The notes under the pieces: generated by a model
Databases searched by the model: none
The model's input: only the letters and a program-made list of their open reading frames with translations
Told to the model about the DNA's origin: nothing
Position numbers and translations under genes: made by a program
Shown: positions 14,217-26,937 of the stretch, piece by piece
How the letters are laid out: every line of letters begins with the position of its first letter
Numbering within the stretch: position 1 is the stretch's first letter
From: Amoebidium appalachense
Lineage: Eukaryota; Protista; Ichthyosporea
Reading direction: 5' to 3'
DNA: 64,000 bases
NCBI GenBank assembly: GCA_963693365.1
Contig: CAVNZM010000015.1
Location: forward strand, 1,364,001-1,428,000

Positions 14217-14902
14217 GTGGGTGTGGCAATGTGTGGGTGTGTAATGTGTGTGTGTGTCATGTGTGTACCATGCAGGGATGGGCGACAGGTTTGTGTACGT
14301 GTGCATGCTGCATAGATGTGTGTGCGTGTGCGTGTGCGTGTTGCGTTTGTGTAAGTGCATGCACCCACCCCCCTGCGCGTGTGTGTGCTGCGGGTGTGTG
14401 AATGCACGCACACACGTGTGTATGTTTAAGCGCGTGTGTGTATGCATGCACACCTGTGAGTGTGCTCAAATTATAGGTCAACGTGCACACACCTTCTTCT
14501 GGTTGGCTGTGGACATGAGCCGAGCAGACACTACGCGCACAACCATAGGGCCCTGGCTCTTGGCTGCACTGACCACAGTGGCCTTCGTCGCCGAAAGGGC
14601 GGCGGCCGGCATAAATCGGCCAAATAAAGCTGTGAGGGAGACAAACGTTAGATATAGGTAATTAATTGCCTATGCATGTATGATCGTGTGTTTGATAGAA
14701 ATATATCCTAGAGAAATGCACGAAAAAATACAGAGATAGGGTAGGACACTTAGGGGGTGGTACGTCACGTCATCAGGTGACGAAGGTTAGGCCGTGGTGT
14801 GTGTGGGCTTTTGTTCCGGCAAAATTTGGTGGGTGTATGCGACAAAACTACACACACAGCGGTAGCAGCTTTGAAGAAACACTTGCGCAACTCACCCGCC
14901 AT
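4667..14902 (-). CDS. CPA1-CPA2: Carbamoyl-phosphate synthetase, fused small (glutaminase) + large subunit, glutamine-dependent, predicted mitochondrial, arginine-pathway type; 16 exons, 1540 aa
   Basis: Exons (minus strand; all introns GT-AG, phases checked): 14902-14896, 14629-14493, 13860-13760, 13476-13098, 12794-12646, 12276-12102, 11569-11078, 10706-10373, 10136-9814, 9558-9268, 9060-8317, 7931-7646, 7286-6964, 6625-6302, 5709-5627, 5141-4667 (4623 nt). Motifs: [52 protein letters not shown] (catalytic Cys), [100 protein letters not shown], then an MGS-like C-terminus. There are no DHO or ATC domains, so this is not CAD. Confidence 0.96.
7340..7484. repeat. ~72-bp direct duplication in CPS intron 12
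   Basis: TGTGATTGCGTTGTATAT.TCCTGTCATGTACACCCACACAACTTGCAACTATAGCTCTGACTCACAATGTA, two copies. Confidence 0.9.
10833..10943 (-). mobile_element. 3' fragment of subfamily A' in CPS intron 7, in CPS sense orientation
   Basis: Reverse complement of the TGAGGATGGGCTCTGCTTATTATGCATAC...GCATTCAAA segment, bounded by G-runs on the + strand. Confidence 0.85.
12283..12416. repeat. 67-bp direct duplication in CPS intron 5 next to the acceptor
   Basis: AAAATAAACGGAGAGATATTAGCACCCTCAGGAATAGAGTAGGCTTTGGTCTAGTTAAATTGCACCA, two copies. Confidence 0.9.
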
Positions 14903-14997
14903 GTTGTCGTTTCAAGTGGGCTGTTGCTCCACTAAAAGACCTGGCGTGATGCGGTTTATGAAACGTTGGGAAGATGGAAGGGGAAAATTTTCCGTTT

Positions 14998-15012
14998 TCA
15001 CCGGCCGTTCAT
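14998..15012 (-). promoter_or_regulatory. Upstream ORF (ATG AAC GGC CGG TGA = MNGR*) in the CPS 5' leader; may be extended by a 61-nt GT-AG intron (15001-14941)
   Basis: This is the only ATG I see between the predicted TSS (~15062) and the CPS ATG (14902). Its first four residues equal those of the Neurospora arg-2 arginine attenuator peptide. Confidence 0.6.
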
Positions 15013-15057
15013 TGCAGTTTGGATAGACGCAACCAGCTGTGAGGGGTGCGGAGAGAC

Positions 15058-15093
15058 AAACTGGCACCCTCTGAAGGCTACGCATTATTTATA
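15058..15093 (-). promoter_or_regulatory. TATA box and initiator-like element of the CPS gene
   Basis: TATAAATA on the minus strand at 15093-15086. An Inr-like CCAGTTT has its A at 15062, 31 nt from the first T of the TATA box (canonical spacing) and ~160 nt upstream of the CPS ATG. Confidence 0.6.
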
Positions 15094-16630
15094 CTTTTCA
15101 GGATTCCCAATCAATTTGAGAGCAATCCCATCGCCCGATCAAGATTTGTGATTTTTAGCCTATCAAAAAGTACAGAAACTAAAGTCAGAAATTGCAGCTT
15201 ATGCTGCCTTGCTTCGAACAGGTTGCAGAGAAGGATTTTTGGCTGTTTTGAATGTTTATAAATCTTATTGTTATATATGAATATAAAAAGTTACTTTTTT
15301 GTCGGAGAATTTACGATATTTTAGGCAGAACACAAAAAGAATATATTGCTAGCAAAAGCACGCCTCACCTAACCAGCAGATCTGAATGTGCATGATATAC
15401 AGCGAATAGTCGGCAGCTTTCTCCGAAAGCAGCCGAACCTTCTCAAGGAGCGGTGTTCTCTGCCCCACTCACGTTCCAAACGGCGGATAATCGGATCACC
15501 AAATTCACCATGAGCCAGAGTGCATACACATTGGCTCCTGAAAGCGCCCAATCGGTTTGAGCGTGACCGCTCAGGTATTTGGACCATGCTCAACGTCTGT
15601 GACAGTCACAAAGTCAACAGCTGAGTCCGGCAAAACGAATATTAACTTCTTAGCAATGTGGTAGGCTTTGTGAGCTGAAAAGTAAAACTCCGCTAATATT
15701 AGTTTGTATGTGCATCTCAGAGCCTCCCAAGAAAATTATGGCGGCCGCCGGTTTACCGGCAACACATTCGTTGACTCTCGGTGCTTCTCGCGCCGGGTGG
15801 TAAAACGGTCAAGCATGATACGATTGGTTGACTAAATTACTATCCGATTGTGCGTGTAATAGCCGTGTACTCAGCCCCAGAAAAATATATTCTTCCAGAC
15901 TGTTGCTCAATTAGCTGAATTGTTTATCTGTAGTGCAGAAAAAATAATAAAAAACAATAATTAAAGCTAAGGAAGTCAAAAAGAAAGAGTATATGCACAC
16001 GGCCGCGGGAGAGGCTCGCACATGCCGCAATGAGCACGTAGCAGAATCACGCGGAGAATTTACCGATCTCCGACGCCCAATCGTAACCCATCTGATATGA
16101 GTACTTCACATGTTCTCCCAAACCAATCAAAACCCAGAATATCTATCCTAAAACGGTTTGTTTACATGTCGCATATGCGCAATACACAAACAGGCTATAA
16201 AAGAAGCACCCTGTTGTGGACAGGGCCAAACAGCCAAATCTTCATCAGTTGCATCATGATAGTATCAATCGAAGCGTTCGTGAGCATGCAAGCTATTAAA
16301 AATAAAACACTTTGGAATAAACAGGGGAATAAAGAGCATGGGTGTACGTGATGATTTGTCCCCACTTTGACACCACACACACTCAAGGCATAGCTACAGT
16401 GAGTGACTGACTGGCTGTTGGGCAAACAAACAACGATACCGGGGTCAGAAATAGGAATGGTTAGGCAGGGGAAAAAGGCTGAATATTGCAGGGCACGTAA
16501 CCCATTGTGGGGAAGGGAGGGAGAGGGTGTGAAAATCTCCTAGGCTAGAACTGGTGCACAAACACATACAACAGGCGCCTACATGGCACAGCACAAGCAG
16601 GCTCCAGGCGCAAAGCGCGCGCACACACAC

Positions 16631-16705
<75 letters not shown>

Positions 16706-16860
16706 GGAGGGAGAGAGAGAGAGAGAGAGACGTCGCCACACACATATGCGGGAGCGTGCAGATACCGCCACACACAGACACACACACGTGCCACTGCCAG
16801 TGTGTGCGCACCCACACCCACACTGCAGCACACACATACACACTTAGGCTTACACACTGC

Positions 16861-16899
<39 letters not shown>

Positions 16900-17060
16900 A
16901 AACCCAAACAAGTGCCGTCACACAATACTCTACACACGTACACACAAGCACAAGCACATTCATACATGGCACATGTACTTGGTGCAAGTGGCACCACCCC
17001 ACTTTCTAACAGAGACACACACACACACACCGTCACGTGGCACCGTGACACACACAAACA

Positions 17061-17100
<40 letters not shown>

Positions 17101-17324
17101 TCTGGCCCATACTCACCTGTACGCGCACACGCAGACACACGATACACGTACACACTGGCCGATGCGCGTTGTACACGCGTACATACACGCACACACGCAC
17201 ATTAACACACACGAGCATGTCCCGGTGTGCAGACACACACGTCATATGTAGTACATGCCATGACGATTACTACACATGTGCAGTTGGTGGCACATCCACC
17301 CACGCACACACACACACACTCTCT

Positions 17325-17378
<54 letters not shown>

Positions 17379-17892
17379 CTCCCCCTCTCTCTCTCTTTCT
17401 CTCACAGACACACCCCCACCCACGTGCGCATATGCAGCATGGCACCAACACCACACACACACACATGCAAGCACGCCGCATGACTGGAATCATGATGAAC
17501 CATTGGCGCACGGACGCAGCGGTGACTGTATTGAACATCATCGTCATTTTTTATTTTTTTTTGTTTGGCGGGAGGTGGGGGAGAATGCACACGTTAACAC
17601 CCACTCACGTATATGCATCCACGCTCTGCAGCCGGACATATGTACCCCACACGAAAACAAAGCATCTATACACACAACCCACACACTCCCTGCGGATCTT
17701 TGGTTGTAGGGAGAGGTTATTAGATCGCGAGACCTCTAGAAGAAGAATACATTGACAGACGGGAGGTGCCAATGGCCATGGGGTCGGGGCTTCATCAGCT
17801 TGGACGCTTAACTTTCGCTGGGGTGGGGAGGGGGGGGATGGTTTGGGTTGGGAAACCCCGAGGGGGGGGGGGGGGGCCTTGGATTGGGAAGC

Positions 17893-17923
<31 letters not shown>

Positions 17924-19397
17924 AAAGAAAAAGAAAAAGAAAAACATCCCCCCTCTCCCCTGCATAATGTCAATGGGGCGCAGGTGTTAAGTGTGTGTGT
18001 GTGATGGCAGTCTCGTTCCATTGGCTACTGCGATACTCTAGACCGACACAAACTCACCAGGTGTATATCAGAGTGTACTCAGCAAGTGCATATCAGAGTG
18101 TGTGAATGCGGGTGTGACTATTTGAATGGTGAAAAGGCCATGTCTATCTAAAGTTTGTTTTTCGTGTGTGGGTGTGTGGGTTGGAGGGGGAGGGGAGGGC
18201 GCACGCAGGGGGGGACATCACGGATTGTCCGTTTCTTTTTTGAAAAATTAGGCAAAGCTTAGAAGGTTCATGTGCACACAGATGCGGGAAAGAAATAAAG
18301 TTTCCGCCCGTCTGAGGTGACATGTACACTACTATCTTTACGCTTGTGTTATACTGTGATTCTATGACATGTGCACATGCTGGTGCGTGGCACTGGCTAT
18401 ACAGGTGCGGCTGTGTGCACGTTTCTGCGGTACGGCGGGGAGGATGAAGAGGGAGGGAGGGGCAAGATTTGTGCGCACAGCAGGTAGTGACAAAGGAGGC
18501 TTAGGCGAACATTCAGTAAGTGATGTAAGTTGCTGCTACATGCAAGCAATGAGGAGGGTTGAATCCCAAGGTGTTTCATGTCAGTGCACTTTGAGCTTGT
18601 GTATGTAGTCAGTGTGGGTGCTTGGGTGGCCAGCTGTGTATGTGTGTGTGTGTGTGTGTGTGCTACGTGCGCATATGAGTGTGTGCATATGAGTGGGGTG
18701 GCTCGATTGGAGGAGGAATGGGAACGTGGGGGAGAGGGCTTTGATAGAACGGTTTGCATATATGTATGTCAGAAGAGGATTAAGCACCCTATTGGCTGCT
18801 CCTGTCTCAAATTCGACCAGCACTGGCTGTCCCGATGTTTAAAGTTTACTTTCCTAACAGTTGATCTACATATGCATTCGGAATTTGGGATGTGTTTTTG
18901 TGCATGACTTGAAAAGAAGGCCTTTAAAAACTTTGATCATGGTAGCCCGACTGTAAGACCCACCCCCCCTTCCCCCCCCCCCCCCCCCCCCCCCCTGCCC
19001 CTCCTCCCCCCCAGGGCCTTCCCCGGCCCGGCCGCCCACCCATACTCCCCTCTCCCTTCCACCCTCCCTTCTTCCTCTCTTCTCCTCCCTCGCGACACAT
19101 GCCCCTACACCTAGGCCTCTTCTCTATTATGTAGTCAGACGATTCAACTCAGTCTGGCCTATAGTACTGGACTGCCACAAAGTTCACTAAAGTGATGAGC
19201 CAACGATGCCATTTAAAACTGTGCCATTTCTTGCGAAGCAAGAAAAAATGTGCAAATAAAATCCTCATGCCGTTAATATAGGCAAAAACGTCTCAGTCAA
19301 GTGTGTACATGTCTGTGGTGGTGGCAGTCACACGTAGAGATTGGTGTGTGTGCACGTGTGTTGGGGTACCGGCGGGTGTGTGTGTGGGGTGTGTGTG

Positions 19398-19439
<42 letters not shown>

Positions 19440-19449
19440 TCTGTGTGTG

Positions 19450-19487
<38 letters not shown>

Positions 19488-19490
19488 TGT

Positions 19491-19537
<47 letters not shown>

Positions 19538-22150
19538 GGGAGGAGGGGGGGGGGGGGGGAAGGGAGGGGCAAGTTTCACGGTATACAGTGACCACACAAG
19601 CAAAGTGTGCCACATGATATCATATCCCTCCCCCCCCCCCCCTCTCTCTCTCTCTCTCCCCCCCCCCCCCCCCCCCCCGCCGCCCTCCCCCGGACGCTTT
19701 CTTTTCCGTAACCTACATGTACAAACTTCACGCTGGCAGATACTTTCCTGCTCGTATGTGTAATGCGTGTGGGCTCTGGGGGCGGTTAAACTTTACTAGT
19801 TGGCTGCATATCTAGCCTGAGGCGTGGCCTTCTGGGTATAACATGGTAGATTCGGAGATAATGGCAGGTTTGCTTATCTTTTTTACATACCTCTCTCCCT
19901 TCGTACATCCATCATTAAATGACTGTTATTTTTATTTATTTATTTTTTTTTATCCCGGTTTGTCCCCGGGGGCCCCCCTTCCCTCAAAGGAACCACCGTT
20001 TTCCACACAGCACCGACTCGACCCTAGTTAAGGTGCTAAAGATGCAATCAGCTGTTTGGCTATCACACCGTTACCAAACCTGACTAACTGCAAGTACACA
20101 CTTATCCAGGTTTGCAGCACCCCAGAATAGTCGATAGGGGGCAAAAAAAATGACTGCTATTGATCACTTTATCAGCAAATGTACAGCATGATATTCCGAG
20201 TGGTCGGATTCGATTTCTTACTATTATCATTATTATAGTATTATTATTATTATTATTATTTTTTTTTTATTTTTTTTTTTTTGGGGGGGGGGGGGGGGGG
20301 AGGGGGGGAGGGGGGGCGTACGTGACAGTGGGCCGGCGGTAAGATGGTACCATTAGTGCACGGTATCTGGAATGAAGATTAAACACTATTTATTGCTACG
20401 TTGGTATCTGGGGCTCTGTCTCACCAGACGGCCAGGCTGTGTTTCCCAGCGCAGCCAATCAAATGCAGCCTAGTGAGTTGAAGTGACACATGTACACGTG
20501 CACGGTTAGCAACATTAAGAACGAAGCATAAATTAGTACTGCCATTCGCTACGCGTATACGCAGAGGCTAGCAGTGGTAGCTCTGACCGCGGCAAGTTTA
20601 ACGCTTATTGTGATTACTGGGGGGGACAAAAAAAAAAAAAAACCCCCTTTCGAAAATTTTCATGTTGATATTGGGGAGGCTGCACCGTGGGCCAAAGGCT
20701 GTTTATAAAAATACTGCGTCACAGGAAGAGGGGGGAAGAGGAATACTGCTTGTGGGAAGAGGGGGGAAGAGGTGGGTGGGGGCGGGGTGGGGGGGTGGGA
20801 GGCGGGAGGGGGGGAAGGTGGGGGAGGAAATCCGCAAAACAGCCTTCTTCTGATACTTCTAAAGGGAAAGGGGGAGGAGTGGAGGGGGAGAGGGGAGGGC
20901 AAGGGGGGGGGGGGGGGGAGGGGGGAGGGGGTGAAAGGGGGGGGGGGGGGAGGGGGAGGGGCCCGGGGAGGAGTTCGAGGTGGGGCTGATCATGAGGTAC
21001 ATATCGGAGGTGAGACCAGCTGCTATCCAAAGAAACACTGTCAGATAGATACTGCTTCATACATGTTGGTGTATCAAGGCCTCCCAAAGGTGTGCTATTT
21101 AGGAGGCCTTGTGGTGATATTACTTATGTATCATAATTGTCGGGCATCTTCTCGTATTGTGACACTGTGACATCACATCATTTTACCGTAAGGCTTGTTC
21201 ATCAATCCAAATGACTCTCTTCGAGTCAACGTTCCTTGTGCTATTTGGCTCGCCAATCGGAGTCGCCGGCTTGGGCGACTTCTGCTTTTTTCTGAGCGAC
21301 ATGTACACAACACAGCTGACAACGAAAACGGAATACTTGGGAAATTTCAAAGATCTAAAGAGGCAGAAAAAGGGATCAGTTGCTTTTGGTAAAGGGGTTA
21401 AGTGCTTCACAAAAAGAAGGCAAGAGAAAAAAGGGGTTACAGCCGTTGCTAGGTGGTAACGAAATAGGCCTTGCTTGAACGGAAATGTGATGGTCATTTG
21501 TTTGCACGAACAAAGATCTTGTGCTTTTTTCTGTTTGGAATCGGATGCCTTTTTCCCTCAGATGGGCACACATTCTGAAGTTCTCATTTCTAAGTGGCCC
21601 ATTTGACGTAAAGTTGCTTTTGGTGACTTTTTCAGGGATTCAAGGAGGAGCGCGCTTGAATCCGGTGTTGGAAATCGGCTTACAGATGACGGGTTAACTC
21701 AAACACCGTGCATTCCTTAGAGACAACGGTAGTGACTTAAAGCAAAAAAAATAATTCAGAGAGGCAGCATAGGCGTCACTTATTTACGGGTTAACAAAGG
21801 GCGAAAATATACTCCTGCCATCCTAAGCATCTCCCTGCCCGATGTGGTGAGCACACTGGTGTCTCGATAATCTGGATGAAAAATGAGCGGATTTCAGCCG
21901 ATGGTGAACCTCACCATGAGTGAGAGACCGAAAACAGGCAAGATGTTTCCAGCTCTTTGTGTTTTGATAGTAAAGAGTAGGGTTAAAATGTTTGGTGAAA
22001 ATTTAGGACGCATTGAGGCTTGTTAAGTTCAACACTAGAACATGGTCGAGCCCCTGGGGAGGAAGGCCTGGGATGGTTGGATGGATGGAAGGCTGAGATG
22101 TGGTTTCACGCGGAGAAGCGTGCCTAATCTGTGTGTGTTCGTGTGTGTGT

Positions 22151-22183
<33 letters not shown>

Positions 22184-22195
22184 TGTGTATATGTT

Positions 22196-22269
<74 letters not shown>

Positions 22270-22698
22270 TGTGTGTTTGTGTGCGTGTGTACGTGAGCGT
22301 GAACGTGTTTATTCGTGTGTGGGTGCAGACGTGTGTGTGTATGTATGTGTGTGTGTGTGTGTGCGCGCACAGGCGCGTGTGCGTGTGTGGCGCGCACCTT
22401 TTTTTTTTTTTTTTTTTTTTTTTTCTTTTCTTTTTTTTTGGGTGTGTGTGGAGGGGGGGGGGGGGGGGGAGGAGGGGGGGGGGGGTTGAAATTTTTAGCA
22501 CAATTTTGAATCTCATTCTCTTATTATCTTTCAGTTAAAAAACGATCTCTAATTGGGACATGTGATGGTAATATCGATGTGTGCATATCCATGTCTGGAA
22601 AGGGGATGGGGAACGAAAAATGGAGTGAAACGTGAAAAGGGTAAGCAAGGGAGAGGAACTGAAATAGTGATGTCTTAGTAAATTCCATATTTCCTTCG

Positions 22699-22742
<44 letters not shown>

Positions 22743-23127
22743 CCACCCCACCCCACCCCTCCCTCCCCTCTTGGTAAACTGGTCAAGGCTCGGGTACCTT
22801 TGATGACTCCCCCCCCCTCCCCCCCCCCCCCCCCCCCCCCCCGCCCCCTGCCCCCCCCCCCCCCCCCTCCCCCGGAGGATGGGCTCTGCCTATGGTGCAT
22901 ACTCTTTGTGCACCATATATTCAATCTGCATTATGTTGTCCATCAGTGAATTGTTATCTGTAGCACATAACGTATCCCCCCCCCCCCCCCCCACACACAC
23001 ACCCCTTCCCCCCCCCCCCCCCCCCTCCCCCCCCCCCCCCCCCCCCTTCTTTCCCCCCTTCTTTCCCCCCTCCCCTTCTCTCTCTAACACGGTGCTAAGT
23101 TTGCTAACTTGTGGTGTTTTTCCTCAG

Positions 23128-25138
23128 AACGGTCGGTGCAACCCCTCGTTTCAGCCAAGCAGGATTCAACCGAGGGAAACAACGAGGGAAGGTAGGAACA
23201 CACCATTTTTGATGCACCAGGAAGGATGGGGGGGGGAGGGGGGGGGGGGGGGGGGGGGGGGGCAAGGGGAGAAACTGGTAATGTGGTGGAGGTGAAGGAG
23301 TTGTGGTTGTGTTTCTGTATCTCTTTCTCTCTGGGTTCTCTCTTGTGTTGATGGCCGGGTAATTCTGTAGGGGGGGATTTTTGACACGGTGTGTGTGTGT
23401 TTTGGGGCGTGGGGGGAGGGCGGGGGGGGGGAGAGAGAGAGAGAGAGAGAGGGGCGGAGTTTCGGTGGGGGGGAAGGGAGGTGAAAGGGGAGGGTGAGGG
23501 GAGGGGATAATATGTTTGTGCTGGTGTGGCCTCTGATGGTGCGCACATGAGAAAGGCTGGGAGGTTACGATACTAGAGCAAGACATCGGAGGGGCTGTTG
23601 CCTGCTTTCTTCCATGCACGTGCACACACCGAGGAAGCACGCACACATAACTGTTAGCACACGCAAACACACACATACTGTTGTTCATGCTTCGCACCTG
23701 CATACACGTGTAGAAGCACATATCACACATTCACCATGCAGACGCGCACACATACACATCACAGGCACAACCGGTATGCATCACATACACGCACATGCAC
23801 ATGCGCCCGCGTGTACACACGCACACGCACACACACACACACGGTTGTTCATGCTTCACACCTGCATGCATACACGTGTGGAAGCACAGCCACACATTGA
23901 CTAAACACACACACACACATACACCTCATAGGCACAGACACAGACACACACACAAACACATTCACACACACACGTACACACACGTACACTATCACAAGCA
24001 CAACCAATATGCCCTATTCACTCTAGGCCCACACATCTCTCTCTAGAGTTGCCAGTGTCACATGCCTAAAAATGGTAGTCCTACTTACCATATATGGTAA
24101 TTTCACAGTAACGGCAATGATGACGATGAAGAGAATGCAGAAGGTCAAGACACCGGAGGTGAACCTCCCCCTCCCCTCCCCCCCCCCCCCCCCCCCCCCC
24201 CGGGGCCACACACACAAATACATGTTCAAAGTAAATCTCTGTATGTGAGGTTTCTTTACTACATCTCTTAGCGACCCACCCCCCACCCTCCCGCTCCCGC
24301 CCCACCCCCCTCGTCCGTCTTCAAAAAAAGAAAATAAAAGGAAAAATAAAAAGGAAGAGAAGAATGAATAGAAGCACAGGCATGCAAGGACACATGCGAC
24401 ACTTGTACACACACTCATGCACACATTCATATCCCTACGCACACATTCCCACACACATCACAGACACGGAATAACGAAGAATCACACCTAGACCATCCAC
24501 GCGCCATCCCTATATTAATGGTTCAGGAGGAGCAAGGATTTTTTGCCCTTTGTTTTTTTTTTTCTTGCCATCATGACGAAGAGAGGGGGGGGGGGGAGAA
24601 GAGGGGGGCAGGGGGAAGGGAGGAGGGGGTGGGGACGAGGGGAGAGAGAGGGGGGAGGTGAGGGGGGGGGTGAAGTGTTTGTTATTAGTTGAGCGAAACA
24701 GGAGAGGGGCACGACGAACAGGGGGCAGAGGAAGTAAGTGTATGTGGGTGGGTGAGGAGGAAGGGGGAGGGAAAGGGGAGAAGTTTGGACGTTGACTTGT
24801 CGTTTTCAGGCACACGGCCAAGGAGAACAACAAAGAGTTCGACCAATCAGCTGAAGGTAAACATTGCCAAAAAAGGCTATGCTTTGTTAGATACATAAAT
24901 ACGGTGTGCACATCTACTAAGCAAGCAAACAAAATTGGATTGATGGTTAGAGAGGTAACAGGCATATGCAGACAAGCATTACACACAGAGACACACACAC
25001 ACGCACACACACACACGGGCACACACACACACACACACACTCAGTCACGCACGCACACACACACACGCACACAAGCACACACCATTCCACATGTACACAC
25101 ACACACACACACACACAAACACACACACCATCCCACAT

Positions 25139-25195
<57 letters not shown>

Positions 25196-25557
25196 CGGGT
25201 TTAGACACCTTCACGCCATGCACATCACACGCTGTTCGTTACACTCACAAGCATGGACACACACCAAGACACCAAACCCACACACACACATATTTGAATG
25301 CCACGCTACACACCGAGTAACATTCATATCAAACACACACACAAATGCAAGCACACACACATCCGCTCAACATGCACACAAACAGAAGCGTTGACTCGCA
25401 TGCGCATGCAAGCACACATGTACACGTGTGTGTTCACGCACACACACACAAAAGCACCTATACACATTTCCATGTTGCACTCCTCTACCCCTTCATATAT
25501 ACATGTGCGAGGCAAAAACATCCTTCTAGCCATTCAAATTCTTTTCGTTCATTAGCA

Positions 25558-25595
<38 letters not shown>

Positions 25596-25890
25596 CTCCC
25601 CCCTCCAACCCCAACCCCACCGATTTTCCGTTTTCTAGCACAATATTTGTTCGTCTTAAAGTGTTTTTGCTTTTTTTTTTTTTTTTTTTTAAATGCATAC
25701 ATCATGTTCTTCACTCTTCCTCCCCTTCTTCCATCTCTCCTTTATCCCCCCCCCCCCCCCCCCCCCCCCCCCCCGCCCCCCTCTCACCCCCCCCCCCCCC
25801 CCCCCCGCCCACCATCTCCCCCTCTTCACCTACCTTGCCTTTACTCTGCCCCTCCCCCCTGCCCGTACCCACGTACCCATTGCTCCGTAC

Positions 25891-25930
<40 letters not shown>

Positions 25931-26269
25931 CCCAATAATTAAACAAACACAAAAACAGGAAATCTTTGACGGGGTGTCTATGCCCACCCGCCGAAAAACA
26001 TCAGTTGACGTTATGCAGAATGGTAACATTCTCACAATCCCCCCCCCCCCCCCCCCCCCCCCCAGTGACCTACTCATGTTCAAGTGAAACAGTATCTGAG
26101 TTGGGTTTCGTTAACGAGGGGAATAGGTCGAAACTCGGGTACTGTGGATGACGTGGGCCCCCCCTGAGGATGGGCTCTGCTTATTATGCATACTCTTTAT
26201 GTATGGCTTGCATTCTGCATCGTGTTATCCGTTTGTTCTTGTGTACTTCGTACTTTTTGACGCATTCAA

Positions 26270-26320
<51 letters not shown>

Positions 26321-26877
26321 CCCAAACACACACACACCCCCCCCCCCCCCAAAAAAAAACCATGTTGGAGGTTGGCCTCTGCGTGTGTTTCATGCTTGGT
26401 GTGTCTGTCTTACGTTGCCTCTTAGTGTCTCCTCCTCCATATTTCCAACTATCTAACTGCATACATCGTTCCGCCGCCCTCCCCCCCTCCCCCCTTCCTT
26501 TCTGAATTTCGGTTCTGACCTCCTTTTCTGTATTTCAAGTGCCCCCCCCCCCCCCCCCCCCCCTCCCCCCCCTCCCCCCCCCCCCCCCCCCCTCCTCCTT
26601 CTCCTCCTCCCCCTGCCCCACCCTCTCTCCCCCTGGGCCCCTCTCCCTTCCTGACGACCCCACTCTCACCCACCTCATGGTATTTGTAAGTGTGTGTTAT
26701 TGGGCACCTGTCCATTATTATTGTGCACGTGTGTGTGTGTTATGGCCACGGATAAATGTGTGCCTGTTGGGGTGCCTACTCTGGCATATGCCTTGGGTGT
26801 GCGTGTGTGTGGAGAGAAAAGGGGGAGATGGGTGGGTAGGTGGGTGGGTGCGGAGAGAAAGGGGAGAAGGGGGTGGG

Positions 26878-26937
<60 letters not shown>

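Noticed and set aside
4667-14902. Interpretation as CAD/URA2 or as a bacterial carAB operon
   Set aside because: The gene stops after the MGS-like domain with no DHO/ATC, and it has spliceosomal introns and a mitochondrial-type presequence.
16100-21800. Scattered short ORFs and possible exons between the CPS promoter and the TBC gene
   Set aside because: No recognisable domains and no convincing splice chain. The region may contain UTR exons.
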